DNA of 63,900 nt, the filler included, from Reclinomonas americana ATCC 50394 (Eukaryota): the NCBI GenBank assembly GCA_048213135.1. It is 6 parts of 2 records of this genome, joined end to end, with 100 filler letters (N's around TTAATTAATTAA, not from the genome) between each part and the next. Parts side by side here need not be neighbours in the genome. Positions count along the whole stretch, not along the records: positions 1 to 20,914 come from PS015082.1; positions 21,015 to 36,675 come from PS015082.1; 4 more parts are not named here. One strand, written 5' to 3'. The notes below the pieces were generated by a model. That model had not been told where the DNA came from. It worked only from the letters and a program-made list of their open reading frames with translations, and did not search any database. How positions within the stretch are numbered: the stretch's first letter is position 1; every line of letters starts with the position of its first letter. Shown here one piece after another: positions 13,733 through 28,193 of the stretch. The position numbers and the translations under genes were made by a program.

Positions 13733-16700
13733 TCAGAGACAGTCAATGATGCTGTGAAATGTGATGAAAAAATGCGTCGAGGCTGGTGCTTTTACTTTAT
13801 TGCCGAGACGCGCATGCCGAGTGACTTGACGACGTGCAGCTGCGGGAAGTCCAGCTTGTGCACATACGCCGGCATTCTCCCACGCGCATGCTCCGCCAAG
13901 CGCCGTGTCCGTTCCGCTGTCGCGCGCACCCAGCAGTGAGTGTGAGATACGAACGCGGTTCGGAAACGCAGAGTGAAGAACGCAACCAACAGCCGACAAC
14001 GCTACGGCCACCAGTCCTTCTACACCGTCGTCGTCATCGTCACCGTCGCTGCCGTCGTGATGCTCTTCGTCACCATTCAGCTCTGGCTTGTCGCTGTCCT
14101 CGACGGTGATATCGAGAATGCTGAGTGTGGTGTCGTCGAGACTCTTGTGCGGCTGCGGCGATACGGCGTCGGCCGCCAGTCGTGCTTGCGCAGACTCGGC
14201 CTCGAGCGAGATCACCACGCTCTCGGCGGCCAGCGCGCGTCGATTCTTGTTCAACACCATTTCACACTCGTCGACAATCAGCATTGCATCCGCGCTCTCT
14301 GCACTCGCTGCGTCAGAAAACAGACTGCAGCACGAGGAGACTCCACACACGCAACTGAGTCGCACGAGCTCACTAAACAGCTGCTTGCACAGCATCTTCC
14401 CACTGTCCACCTCTAATCCGAGTTTCTCCAACACCGGCAGCGTCGTGGCAACCAACTCCGACGCTCGCGCATAGTCACCCTGGTCCAATGTGCACTTGGT
14501 CAACCACACCAACGACATGAGCGTCTTGGGGTCGCGAGGCCCCAGTCGCGCCGTGTAGCCGTCGACGCACTGCAGTATGCCAATATCAACAATCCGCCGT
14601 TTCGCTCTCTCCCCCCCTATGATGCGCACACACTCACCATTTGCAATAGGCGACCGGCGCGCAACAGCGCGGGTGGGTTGCCGGTGGCCTGCCGCTTCGA
14701 CGCCGTCATGTCGGCCGAGCGCACCAAGGAGATGCCGGCGTCGGCGAGCATGGCCAGTGTTTCGGGATGGTGCTTGCCGAGCAACTTGGTGGAGATCTCG
14801 TAGCACTCGCGTCGCAGTGCGTTGGCCTCTTGGTGCCGGTCCGGCAGCGGCGCGAGGATTTGCACCAACCCGTGCAGCATGCGCAATGCACCGATGCGTC
14901 GCGGCGCCACCTCGCGCATATACACGTCAATGGCCTCCCTGTGCCACACCACGTAGAGCAATGAGGAGGAGCAAAATATAGACCGGATGCCAGTACACAC
15001 ACGCACACACACACACACCTCATCATGGTCTCGCCCTGTTGCACATTGCCGAGCGCGGCCACCACCAGCGCCAGCGTGCTCCACAGCAAACTGAGGTCTG
15101 GATGACCGGCTCGAAGCCGGTCACGCGCCCGCACCTGTTGCACGGTGGCCACCAGCAACGATTCGGCCTCCTGCAACCGTCCCTGCACCAGCAGCACTTC
15201 GCCGAGGGAGCTGAACGAGGCCAGGGTGTCGGGGTGATCGATGGACAGCGCCAGCGCAAAGCCATCGGTGCACTCGCGAAATAGGGCCTCGGCCTCCGTT
15301 AGTCGCTCCATGCGCCACGCCGCCGTGCCGAGGAGGCGCTTCGCACGCAGTGTCAGCGGATGCCTCCGGCCCATCAGGCCCTCGAGTGTGGTGGCCGTGG
15401 TACGTAGCAATCTGTGCGCCTCCGCGTAATCACCGTTGCACAGCAGGCCTAGGCCCAGCGACACGCGCATCTCCAGCACGGCCGGATGCTGCTCGCCCAG
15501 TGCCACACCTCGTGAATCGATCTGCATGGCGCACTCGGAGACGGCATCGAGAATGTGCTTGGCTTTGGAGGCCAGCAGGCACTTGCACAGCGTGCACGTG
15601 TAGATCACGCTGGCCAAGTGCGTCGGCAGTAGTGGCGACCGCAACGCCGTCTCCGCCATTCGCAACGCCTCCTCGTAAAAGCCCTGCAGCGCAAGCGTGG
15701 TGGCCAGATGCGCCGTCGTCGCTGCCGTGGCCTCGTGTCGCACACCGAGCAGCGCACACGACTCTTGCCAGCACCACCGATGCGCCTCCTCTGCGTCGTT
15801 GAGATTGCCGAGCCAGGCCATGGTGCACGCCAGACCGTCAATCGATGGCAACAGCAGCACATGCTGCGACGACACCGAGGCCTTGATGTTGCCCTTTTCG
15901 AGACATTCGCGCTCCATCAACTGCGCTCGTCGGTAAAAGCCCGCCTCCTGCAGCGTGCACGAGTAGTGGTGATGCGCACGCAGCGTCTCCGGGTGAGCGC
16001 GACCAAGCATCCGATGCTCCTGCATCGACTGCACAGTGGCACGATGGCCCTGCAGAGCGAGGCGCGTGTGCCCCAACGCGGCATGCACCCGCACCAGAAA
16101 GTCCATGGCCGTCAGCGTCAGCATCGAATCGGGAATCCACCGACGCCGCAACGCCAGCGCTCGTCGCGAATCGTACAACGCCTCCGCCAACCGCCCCTCC
16201 CGCAAGTGCGTCACCGCACAATCGGCTCGCTGATCAGCGTTCTTCATCGCCGTGCCACGTGCAAACAATCGATCCTCTAACGACACGGCATGAGAGAACA
16301 CGGCACCCCAACACAAACACACACAAGCACAAGCACAGCGCAACGATCGTCATACTGCGCCCATCCACACGGATCGGGCGCCAGTCGATCCACCTCCACG
16401 AGCTCTTCACCACCGCACACAACTGAATGAGCACAGACAGAACACACACGCAGCGAACTGCACATCGAATCCACCTGCACTCCACAACGCTCCATCGCCC
16501 TCCACCAGCACACTCTCCGCCTCCAACGTACTACGCCGCACACGCTCCTCCATAGCTACGCAAACAACGCAATCAGCACCTGTGCACACTCACACGCAGC
16601 CAATCTACGCACAATGCCGCGTGCGCACACATCGCGGTGCAGCGGTCCTCGCCGACCGACGAAACACCACTGGCGCCACTCCATTGACCACCTCGGTGGC

Positions 16701-17042
16701 CGCAGTCACCAGCGCAGCCGTGCCCTCAGAGCCCAGCGACGACGATTCACCATGCTCCTCGTCATCCTCATCAGAGGACGACGAGAGCGACACTGGCGAG
16801 TGTGATCGCGCCAGACTCGGCGAGAGAGAGTCCAGTGCGGCCACGACTGCGGTGGCACCGACTCCGTTGGGAGGGCGGCGGTGGCGGCGAATGACTCCAC
16901 CGCGCATCGACTCGGGTGAGGTGTCCTCGTGTGGAGGAGCAGGAGGAGGCGGAGGAGGAGAGAGAGGCGCAGGCACTGTGTGCAAGTGCGGCGGTAGTGC
17001 GAGTGAGGCGCGCCGGGCACTGCCTGACTGCACACCGCCCAT
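13733..17042 (-). CDS. Kinesin-light-chain/NPHP3-type TPR repeat protein
   Basis: Repeated LG..HP.TL motifs (LGRAHPETL, LGEQHPAVL, MGRRHPLTL, LSIDHPDTL, LGKHHPETL, LGPRDPKTL). Putative start MGGVQSGS with a Pro/acidic N-terminus; ends are approximate. Confidence 0.8.
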
Positions 17043-17204
17043 GTGATCAAACAAACGGTGACACAGAGGACACTGAGTGAAGTTAAAGAGAAGATGCCAA
17101 GTCGCGCAGAGGAGTCGGCCTTGCGCTCTGTGCTGCAGCGCTTGTTGCGTTCTCTCTCTCGTGTGCTCTCTCTATGCTTGTCTGTCTCATTCTGTTTGTG
17201 CAGC

Positions 17205-17739
17205 ATGTCGGGCGGGTATCAACGAACGGCGGAGGAGTCTGAGGTGCAGGCGGAGAGTGCGCGCGCGGGGTTTACGCGGGCTCTGGCTGGCACTGTGGGC
17301 ACCACTGCTGCAGTGATGGGTCTTGGTGAGTGTGTGATTCCCTGCCCTCACAGGCACAGGCGCGCTGAGTGAGAGAGNNNNNNNNNNNNNNNNNNNNNNN
17401 NNNNNNNNNNNNNNNNNNNNNNNNNNNNNNNNNNNNNNNNNNNNNNNNNNNNNNNNNNNNNNNNNNNNNNNNNNNNNNNNNNNNNNNNNNNNNNNNNNNN
17501 NNNNNNNNNNNNNNNNNNNNNNNNNNNNNNNNNNNNNNNNNNNNNNNNNNNNNNNNNNNNNNNNNNNNNNNNNNNNNNNNNNNNNNNNNNNNNNNNNNNN
17601 NNNNNNNNNNNNNNNNNNNNNNNNNNNNNNNNNNNNNNNNNNNNNNNNNNNNNNNNNNNNNNNNNNNNNNNNNNNNNNNNNNNNNNNNNNNNNNNNNNNN
17701 NNNNNNNNNNNNNNNNNNNNNNNNNNNNNNNTCGTCGTC

Positions 17740-17773
<34 letters not shown>

Positions 17774-18497
17774 CCACACCCTCTCTCCCTCGGCATCTCA
17801 TGTGCGGGAGATCGCAGGCTGTACCATGCAGACCCCAAATCGCCGTACCTGGCCGACAGCGTCGGCTTCTTGCAAGACATGAGAGAGCAGGGTACGCGAG
17901 AGACAATGTTGGGCAGTGGAGTGGAGGGTGCTGGACTGCCGCCTGCACCACCGCCGCCGCCGCCGACCAACATGCGCGTCAGAGGTGGATCGATCGAGTT
18001 GCTGGAGCTTGGTTGCGCAATGATGTTTCTCACAGGGTGTGTGCGCAGGTAACACACCGCCGATGGCGTCGCCCATGCGTCCTCCTTCGGCATCATCCGC
18101 GCAGGCGACAATGCCGCCGCCCAATGCAATCGACGATGACTTTGAATCGCAGCCGGCACCGGCTGCCGCGTCGGCCGCTCGCTACGGTCGCTCCCGGTCG
18201 TCGGTGACGCCTGCTGCTCGTGCTGATGTGGATGAGGATGCGTATGCGGTGGCGGCGTCGGCCGAAGACGAGCGGGTCGAGAGACGTCGAGCGGCGGCCG
18301 AGGACTTTGCACCACGGAACGCAAACGTGTCACCGCCATCGTCGTCGTCAGCAGCAGCAGCGCCCCCACGCAGTGCACCGCCTTCGGTATGGCCGTCCGA
18401 CTTGGAACGGCGCCACGAACATCTTCGTGAGGAACGATTGCGGCAGCGGCTGCAGCAACAAGAAAGGGGTGGAGGCGGCACGACGAGTGACGCATGA
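17205..18497 (+). CDS. Membrane protein with disordered tail, weakly OCIA-domain-like (gapped)
   Basis: MSGGYQRTAEESEVQAESARAGFTRAL + hydrophobic segment, then ...DPKSPY... and a C-terminal HEHLREERLR. Resemblance to OCIAD is impressionistic only. Confidence 0.4.
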
Positions 18498-18555
18498 TGA
18501 TGACAGAGGGAGTCATTCACTAGGCTTTCGTGATATGAAGTGTGCATCGCCGTCC

Positions 18556-19926
18556 TTACAGACTCTTGATGATTTCCACAAACTTTTCCGCACTCTGCGT
18601 GGGAGGGAAAGAAGCACAGTGAGTGTGGGAGTGATGGGTGCGAGAGAGAGGGAGCAGCATACTGAACGCACCGGAGTGGCCGAGGCCGGGTTCTGACCAG
18701 TCACCAGGCGATCCCTGCAACGGAGGAGTGAACAAAAGATTATGAGTGCCATATTAACTAGAGGTGCACGCAACGTGAAGGCCACATGCGCGCCCCACTT
18801 CTCCGGAGCTGCAATTGGCGACAACTGTGGTGTGAGCATGATACTTAGCGACGCGAGGGCGAGCAACAGAGCGCCGCACCGCACGAAAAGTTGGCTCCGA
18901 GGTCGCGCAGACGCGTCTCCAGCGGGAACGGCTGTGCGGCGACGAAGCGTGAGGGGGAGAAGGTGGTGGGAAGGAGGATGAGCAGCTGCGTACCATGGCG
19001 TCCGTCAGTCCCACGGCATCCTCCTCGGCGTTGGTGAACGCGGTGACGTTCTTGCCTAACAACGGCGAGGACGTGAGTGACACAGGCGGTGGAGCTCCCA
19101 CGCGTGCATCCACGCACCCTTCACCAGCGGATCGCCATTGGAGAGGCGCACGTCCACCAGCCCGACCGGTCCATGGCACACGGCACCGCTACAATCACGT
19201 CAGCACACGAGGGAACAACGAGAAGAGGGACCGACACAAGAACGCAACACAGCCTTGCCCTGTAAGAAACGCAGGATGAGCAACAGACACATAGAGGGTG
19301 AAAAAGCTGTGCCGCAGTCAACGCACCGCCTCGTACATGCGTGCGGTAAACTCGGCCACCGGCACGTTTCCGGGCATGTCATACATGGGCCCGTGGCCGC
19401 CAGCAAAGTAGATTCCCGCGAACTCGCCCACCTCCAGGTCCTGCAGACGGTGCGTGCTGGTGCTGACTGCATTCATGGTGGCCTCGTCGGCGAGGAACGC
19501 CTTGCAGATTTCATCGTTCTTGAAGTTCTCGACAGAGCCCGGATCGACAGGCGCCGCACCGCCGAGCGGGCTGGCAAAGACCACCTCGAAGCCGTTCTCG
19601 CGGAACACCTGAGTGCGTGTGTGTGTGTGCAAGGGTGGAGGCTAGGTGAGAGACTGATGCAGCGCGCTGTGTTACGCACGTGGAACGGATGCGCGACTTC
19701 CGGCTGAGGGTGAGTAAAGGGGAGAGAGCGTGTGTGTGAGCATGTGAGGATACAGAGGAGAGAGACAGTGGATGACGCACGAGGTACCAGCCGGTCTTCT
19801 TGCCAGTGTTGCCGAGGTCACTGTGCAGAGTGCGTGTGTGAGAGAGGAGAGATTCTCTGCAACATGTATGCGTGTGCGAGTGAGATACCCGTGGTTGGTG
19901 ACGACGAGGATAATGCGTTGAGCCAT
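18556..19926 (-). CDS. DJ-1/PfpI family, Hsp31-type glyoxalase/deglycase
   Basis: TGWYLPEVAHP, FASPLGG..PVDPGS, YFAGGHGPMYD, GAVCHGP (catalytic Cys-His) and RLVTGQNPAS; ~11 exons including an 11-nt microexon. Confidence 0.9.
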
Positions 19927-20725
19927 GGCGTCGAGGAAGGTGGAGAAGAGTTGGATGAAATCGGGGTATCGGAGTTTTGTCGAAATCGCCAGTCAACCAA
20001 ACGCTGCAAGTTTTTCGCGGTTGCGGGGAACTGCTGCGGATCTGCGGATCAGCGGGATAGGGAATCATAAAGGTAGTGTCCGAGCACCGTGGGCAGAAGA
20101 ACTTTCGAGTTCGACATCGTGATTAATCGCTGCAGTGCTGCTGCAAATTCGAAATCGAATTCGAATTCCCTAGATTGGGGCAGACCCGGTCGTCAAGCAG
20201 CTGGACCTGCAGACGGCACTTTTACTTCGGTAAAAGTTGGGCAGCAACCCCCTTTCCACCACCTGAGAACTCGGAACCGGAACCGGAACGAACTCGAATT
20301 CGAATTCACAAATATTGGTGCCAAAAACGGTTTTCATAATTGTAAGCACGTCTTCTCAGCAGCAAAATAGCCGCAACTCCCTTCCATGCTGCTGCATGCA
20401 CGTGGCTTGCCGAGATGAGAAAACTCAGCTCTGAAAATTCGCGCTCAATTCATTTGGCGCGAGTTTGTAACGGTCGGCGTGCAATCTTCTCCTCACTCNN
20501 NNNNNNNNNNNNNNNNNNNNNNNNNNTTTGCATTCCGTCTCTCTTGTCGCGCGTGTGTGAGTGCGTGCGAGTGTGCAGTGGAAAGCGTCACATCGACAAC
20601 TCCACCTCACTCTGTGTGTGTGCACGTGTGACTCGGCACATACACACATTCCTTGCGCGCCTTTTTTCTTGCGAGAGTGTGAGAGAGAGAATCCTCACCA
20701 CAAACAAGCAAGCAAGCAACCGACC

Positions 20726-20819
20726 ATGCGGCAGCTGTCATCGCCCACCACCACAGCTGTGGTGGTGCTGCTGCTGAGCGTCGCGACATGCTGCATGATG
20801 CTCACTGCACATGCGCAGA
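20726..20819 (+). CDS. First exon of a secreted protein (truncated by scaffold end)
   Basis: MRQLSSPTTTAVVVLLLSVATCCMMLTAHAQ looks like a signal peptide and is followed by a GTTACG donor. Confidence 0.4.
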
Positions 20820-20958
20820 GTTACGCGCCACTCTCTCTCCATCTCCCACTCCCTCCCCGCACAATCTCATCCTCTTCCCACAGGCATCCGCTCCATCAAT
20901 CCCTCCACCGGCTCNNNNNNNNNNNNNNNNNNNNNNNNNNNNNNNNNNNNNNNNNNNN

Positions 20959-20970
20959 TTAATTAATTAA
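20959..20970. other. Artificial scaffold linker (six-frame stop TTAATTAATTAA in Ns)
   Basis: Identical 12-mer flanked by fixed-length N runs; recurs 5 times. Confidence 0.97.
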
Positions 20971-21077
20971 NNNNNNNNNNNNNNNNNNNNNNNNNNNNNN
21001 NNNNNNNNNNNNNNGTCGTTGCTCTTTTTTTTTTGATTGTGAGAGTGTGGTGGCGCTAACCCTATCCTCGCTATCAG

Positions 21078-21806
21078 CAACGGCAATGGCATCTTGTCGT
21101 TTGGCGAAATCCAACGCGGTATCTGCGACGTGCTGCGCATGCCGCAGGCGGCGAAACTCAAGACAGCCGTGCGTTCGGCCATGAACGCGGCCAAGGCGCT
21201 CTCTCTACGGCGTGATCCGCATTATCGCCCCGACGACGATTGGAGCGAGGGCTACATTCGCTGGAAGGAGTTCCGCCTGCTGCTGATTGCCTTGCGACAG
21301 GTACTGTCATGGGCGACAGAGTGGGGCTCCACTGTGTCTTGCTTGCCTCAAATTGTTGTCGGTGCAGCTGTACATGTGGTACGACATTTTCAACGACATG
21401 GACGAGAATGGCGACAAGCGAGTGACTTGGGAGGAGTTCCAGGTGAGCAGCGTGATGAATGAGAAAAAAGATTGCACCTCTCACATCCATTCCCCATGCA
21501 GACATCCCTGCCGGAGCTGGAGCGTTGGGGTGTGAACATACCGTCCGTGAAGCAGCAGCGACGCTGGTTCCGTGACATTGCGCCGACTGGAAAGAGCGGC
21601 TACATTTTGTTTGCCCAGTTGCGTCCTTGCGGTGGCTAACCGCGCGTTCGCACCGTGACACGCACCTGACTTGTACATGCAGGTGGGCCGAGTGGGCGGT
21701 TCACAAATTTGTGCTGAATGGTGTCAGTGATGACTCGGAGCCGGTTGTTGCCGCTCGTGTGCCATCAATCCTCGCTCATCGGGAGGGCAGCACCAAGCAC
21801 AAGTGA
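21078..21806 (+). CDS. Flagellar calcium-binding protein (calflagin/FCaBP)-like EF-hand protein, 5' truncated
   Basis: NGNGILSFGEIQRGICDVL, AMNAAKAL, YIRWKEFRLLL, FNDMDENGDKRVTWEEF, LPELERWGV and GYILFAQWAEWA parallel trypanosome FCaBP. Confidence 0.75.
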
Positions 21807-21920
21807 TCGCACAAAAAAATTGTTATTGATGACACAAGAAAAAAGAGAAAATTGTATTGGCTTCCAAGTGTTTGTTTGTCTTGTGTAAAAAAGAGAGGGC
21901 ACCGACAATGGCAGCGCAGC

Positions 21921-23753
21921 TCACTGGCTGCTGGACGCCGCACCACCGACAAACGGACCACGATGTGTCTGTAGCACACCTGCAGGCCACGAACGAGAGT
22001 CAGTATCTCCCCAACTCTGCTTGCATTTTTTGAGGGTAACACTTACCACCCTGGCGAGTGGACGTGATGACGATCTCGCCCACTTGCACACGCGCCGGTC
22101 TGTGCAGGCAAGCACGGTGAGTGGAAGAATACATACGCGCACACACACAGCCACTCACCGAGTGGCGATCCACACCACCGCATCGGCAATGTCTTGCGGT
22201 GAGAGCGCCACGTCGCCCTCCAACACCTTGGAGGCGGCGGCCTCGTCACCGTCCAGACGCTGCACAAAGAACTCGGTCTCGACGAGTCCGGGACTGACCA
22301 TCGACACATTGACGGGCGTGTTGACCAGCTCCTTGCGCAGCGACTCGGTGTAGGCGCGCACGGCGAACTTGGAGGCGCAGTACACCGAACCGTGCGGGTA
22401 CGTCTCAATGCCAGCAATGCTGCGAAGCGGCGTGAGGTGAGGTTGGGGAGAGAGAGAGAGAGGAGTGTGTGTGAGTGCACACGCACCTCGCCACATTGAT
22501 AATGTGACCGGAGCCTCGCTCAATCATGCGCGGCACGAACAGACGCACGAGCTGAATCAGGGCCTTCACGTTGGTGTCAAACACCTGGTCGACGTTGATC
22601 GCGCTGGCCTCCCACGCCTTGGGGTAGCCCTACGCAATGGGGGGAAATCGGTGTGAGGGTGGGGGCAGCAGGAAGAGGGGGCTGAGTGGAGTGCGTACCC
22701 TCGCAAGGCCCGCATTGTTGACAAGAATGTCTATGTCACGCATGTCTTCCGGCAGTGAATCGCGCAGCCCCTCTGTCTCCTCGCGGTTCATCAAGTCGCA
22801 GCGGGCACAGTGCACACGCACCGCATCGCCGTGCTTCGCCTCAATGTCGGCCTTGACCGACTCGAGGCGCTCCAGACGACGCGCCACCAACACCAAGTGG
22901 CACCCTGCACACACACACTCTGACAATGAGTAACACGCACAACAAGATGAACGCACGCACAAGCACGCACCTTCCTCGGCAAACGCGTAGGCCGCGGCCA
23001 TGCCAATGCCAGCCGAGGCTCCGGTGCTGTCCGAGCACACACACAAGATGTCATTCAAGAGGAAACGAGGAGCCAAGAGAGAGACATGGGCACAGTCAAA
23101 AGCATGCATGTCGGAATAAGAAAGGCGAAGAAAGAAGCCGAAGGAGGAGCTTATGTAAGGTGAGCGGAAGGGACAGGGGAGAGAGCAGAGAAACTTGCGT
23201 GACGATGCCCAAGTCATCAGTCAAAACCTCAATCAATCATGTATGCACGTCGGAAACTGACAGGCGAAGAGAAAAGCACAAGGAGGAGCTTATGTAGTGA
23301 GTACAAGAAGAGGAAGAGTCACGCAAAGAAGAGAATGAGAGAGAAACAAGCAAACATGCACAAGTCATCAGTCAAAACCTCAATCAATCATGCATGCAAG
23401 TCGGAAAATGACAGGCGAAGAGAAAAGCACAAGGAGGAGCTTATGTAAAGTGAGTGCAAGAAGAGGAAGAGCCACAGATGGAGGAGAATGAGAGAGAAGC
23501 ATGCAAACATGCACAAGTCATCATGCATGCATGTCGGAAAATGACAGGCAAAGAGAAAAGCACAAGAAGAAGCATATGCAAAACGAGTGCAAGAAGAGGA
23601 AGAGCCACACATGAAGGAGACAAGAGAGTGATGCATTGCATGTGAGAAAACACACTTGCAAATGTTGCACATGCAAAGATTGATGTCGGAGGTGATTGCC
23701 TGTGTGTTATTGAGACGCAACATGAGAACAACCTTGCCAGCGATGCGCACCAT
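21921..23753 (-). CDS. Short-chain dehydrogenase/reductase (YdfG/YMR226C-like)
   Basis: GKVVLITGASAGIG, LVARRLERL, DILVNNAGLA, catalytic YCASK and SPGLVETEF. Confidence 0.9.
23100..23600. repeat. ~150-bp degenerate tandem repeat (3-4 copies) in SDR intron 1
   Basis: caagtcatcagtcaaaacctcaatcaatcatg...gtcggaaa.tgacaggcgaagagaaaagcacaaggaggagcttatgta at ~23210 and ~23360, with partial copies at ~23105 and ~23514. Confidence 0.85.
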
Positions 23754-23829
23754 GTTCTTTGCACACAGAGAGAGAAGTAAGTGAGTGAGTGAGGGACGCA
23801 AATTCATTTCACACACAAACAAACGCACA

Positions 23830-25797
<1,968 letters not shown>

Positions 25798-26746
25798 GAA
25801 CAACATAAAACTTTACCCTTCCTCGCCATCTGCATCCCCGCGCGACCGCAGCGACGACCGCGCACTGACGGCCCGCGAGGCCGGCACCGCATGCAGCGTG
25901 CCTCGCGTGTTGACCGCACTACGCAGCACCGCCTCGCGTCGCGCATCACACTGCTCCTCNNNNNNNNNNNNNNNNNNNNNNNNNNNNNNNNNNNNNNNNN
26001 NNNNNNNNNNNNNNNNNNNNNNNNNNNNNNNNNNNNNNNNNNNNNNNNNNNNNNNNNNNNNNNNNNNNNNNNNNNNNNNNNNNNNNNNNNNNNNNNNNNN
26101 NNNNNNNNNNNNNNNNNNNNNNNNNNNNNNNNNNNNNNNNNNNNNNNNNNNNNNNNNNNNNNNNNNNNNNNNNNNNNNNNNNNNNNNNNNNNNNNNNNNN
26201 NNNNNNNNNNNNNNNNNNNNNNNNNNNNNNNNNNNNNNNNNNNNNNNNNNNNNNNNNNNNNNNNNNNNNNNNNNNNNNNNNNNNNNNNNNNNNNNNNNNN
26301 NNNNNNNNNNNNNNNNNNNNNNNNNNNNNNNNNNNNNNNNNNNNNNNNNNNNNNNNNNNNNNNNNNNNNNNNNNNNNNNNNNNNNNNNNNNNNNNNNNNN
26401 NNNNNNNNNNNNNNNNNNNNNNNNNNNNNNNNNNNNNNNNNNNNNNNNNNNNNNNNNNNNNNNNNNNNNNNNNNNNNNNNNNNNNAGGAGGACAAGGTCG
26501 GGAGGAGCATCGCGGAGGGTGCGGAGGAGGCCATTGAGTGGCGACGTGCTGATGACAAGGGTGCGGTCACGGAAGGAGGCACAGCGGCAGCGGCTCCAGT
26601 GCGAGATGCGGTGCGTGAGGTCATGTGGCGGGTGGCGATGGCTCAACACAAAGCGCAAACGAAAGTGATAAACGAAAGAGAGTCGGTACGTGGACAGATC
26701 GCAGGGAGCGAGCAGGTCGCAATCTGTCCGCTCAACATAAACATCG

Positions 26747-27222
26747 ATGCTTCGACGATTTTCGACGCACGTGGTCTGTGTTGTCTCCTCTCTTGCTTGT
26801 TCTTTGTAAGCTTCTTCTTCTTCTTCTCCTCGCTCGCTCATCTCTCTCTCTCTCTCTCTCCACAGATCCCCCGCGCAACATGGAGTGTGCGACAACTGGT
26901 GGAGGGCGGAGTGCGTGTTCCGCGTGTGGACGAGGTGCGACTTGCGCGTCTGTGTGAGTTGTCGATGTTGGAGTGTCCACCTGCAGGCTCGCCCGCCGCG
27001 CAGCGACTGCAGAGTGACGTGGAGAATGTGTTGCGGTGGGTGGCGGTGTGTCAGACGTGCCCCGAGGCCACTGCGAGTGTGAAAGGTGTGCAGAGGTCTC
27101 TCTGTGTGTGTGTGCCTACACTTTGCCTTTTCACGCGTGTGCGAGCAGAGATGGTGTCGCCGGTGCACGCCACGCGCAGCATGCATACGCGTGAGGATGT
27201 GGTGGAGGCGGGCTTGGGCACA
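26747..27222 (+). CDS. Mitochondrial Glu-tRNA(Gln) amidotransferase subunit C/F-like (3' truncated)
   Basis: MLRRFSTHV presequence-like exon, then TWSVRQL...LARLCELSML...DVENVLRWV...REDVV. Confidence 0.55.
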
Positions 27223-27242
27223 NNNNNNNNNNNNNNNNNNNN

Positions 27243-28193
27243 ACCGGCCACACCGGCAGCGGCTCCCGTCCAGGTGCATCCATAAGCGGCCAGCGGGCAC
27301 GCTCGATGGTGGTTCGGGCACGCATTCTCGTGATGCTCTGGCAGCGCACCACGCGCCACCCGCTGCTCACACAGACCGCAGGGCACGAGGCACTGCGACC
27401 AGTGTCGCTCCACAAACTCCTTCAACTCGCCCTCGAAAGTATTGCAATCGGGGCAGCGTACGCGCAAATTGTTGTACTGGCGAATCACCAGCGCCGGTGG
27501 GTTTGCCGCATTCTCAGGCGACATGGGGCCTATGTGATGCAAAGGGAGAAACAACAATCAGCAACGACACAAAAAGATACCCCACACACACACACGCGCG
27601 GAAAAACATTGCAATGGCCGTGGGGTGTGTGTGTTGTGCGGTGTCCTCTCCCTCCCCTTTCCCCTTTCCGCGAGCTACAAGCAACCGTTTAGTACACACA
27701 GACACACGGGTACGTTCAAGTCACCACGTGGTCGCCAACCAACCCACTCCTCCACCCACACCTCTCATCCCCTGCTGCCTCACGTACCGCATGAACACAG
27801 ATTTTGCGCTCCGGTGATATGCTCCAGATGCGATCGGCACAGCGTGTGCTCCTCCGAGGGGCACAGCACAAAATCGCACTCGCACAGATCCTGGCACACC
27901 GAGCAGTGGAAAAACTCGGCGGCCACACGATGCGACGGCGACACCATCTCCATGGTGACTTGCGGTGAAGACGACGACGACGACAACAATGACGATGCCG
28001 GTGATGGTGGTGGTGGTGGCAACGCAGTGACATGAGGCGCATGCGATGGCGGTGGTGGCGGTGGTGACGCTGACGCCGACGACGGAGATGACAAGGCATG
28101 CACCACAATGGGTTCCGGTCGCGACGCCTGCTGCGGCTGCGGCTGCTGCACTCGTCGTGCCGACGGACTCTGCGGAACTGGAGGTGGCGGCAT
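27243..28193 (-). CDS. RING + TRAF-type zinc-finger protein (3' truncated, start uncertain)
   Basis: CSVCQD..C..EHTLCRSH RING-like segment; LRVRCPDC, H...C.VPCGLC...LPEHHENACP....CPLAAYGC TRAF-type fingers. Confidence 0.7.

Noticed and set aside
20095-20310. Heat-shock element upstream of the Hsp31-like gene
   Set aside because: GAA/TTC units are in 6-bp rather than alternating 5-bp nGAAn register.
25813-26640. Possible minus-strand gene between hemB and GatC-like
   Set aside because: Mostly N gap and no recognisable motif; cannot be supported.
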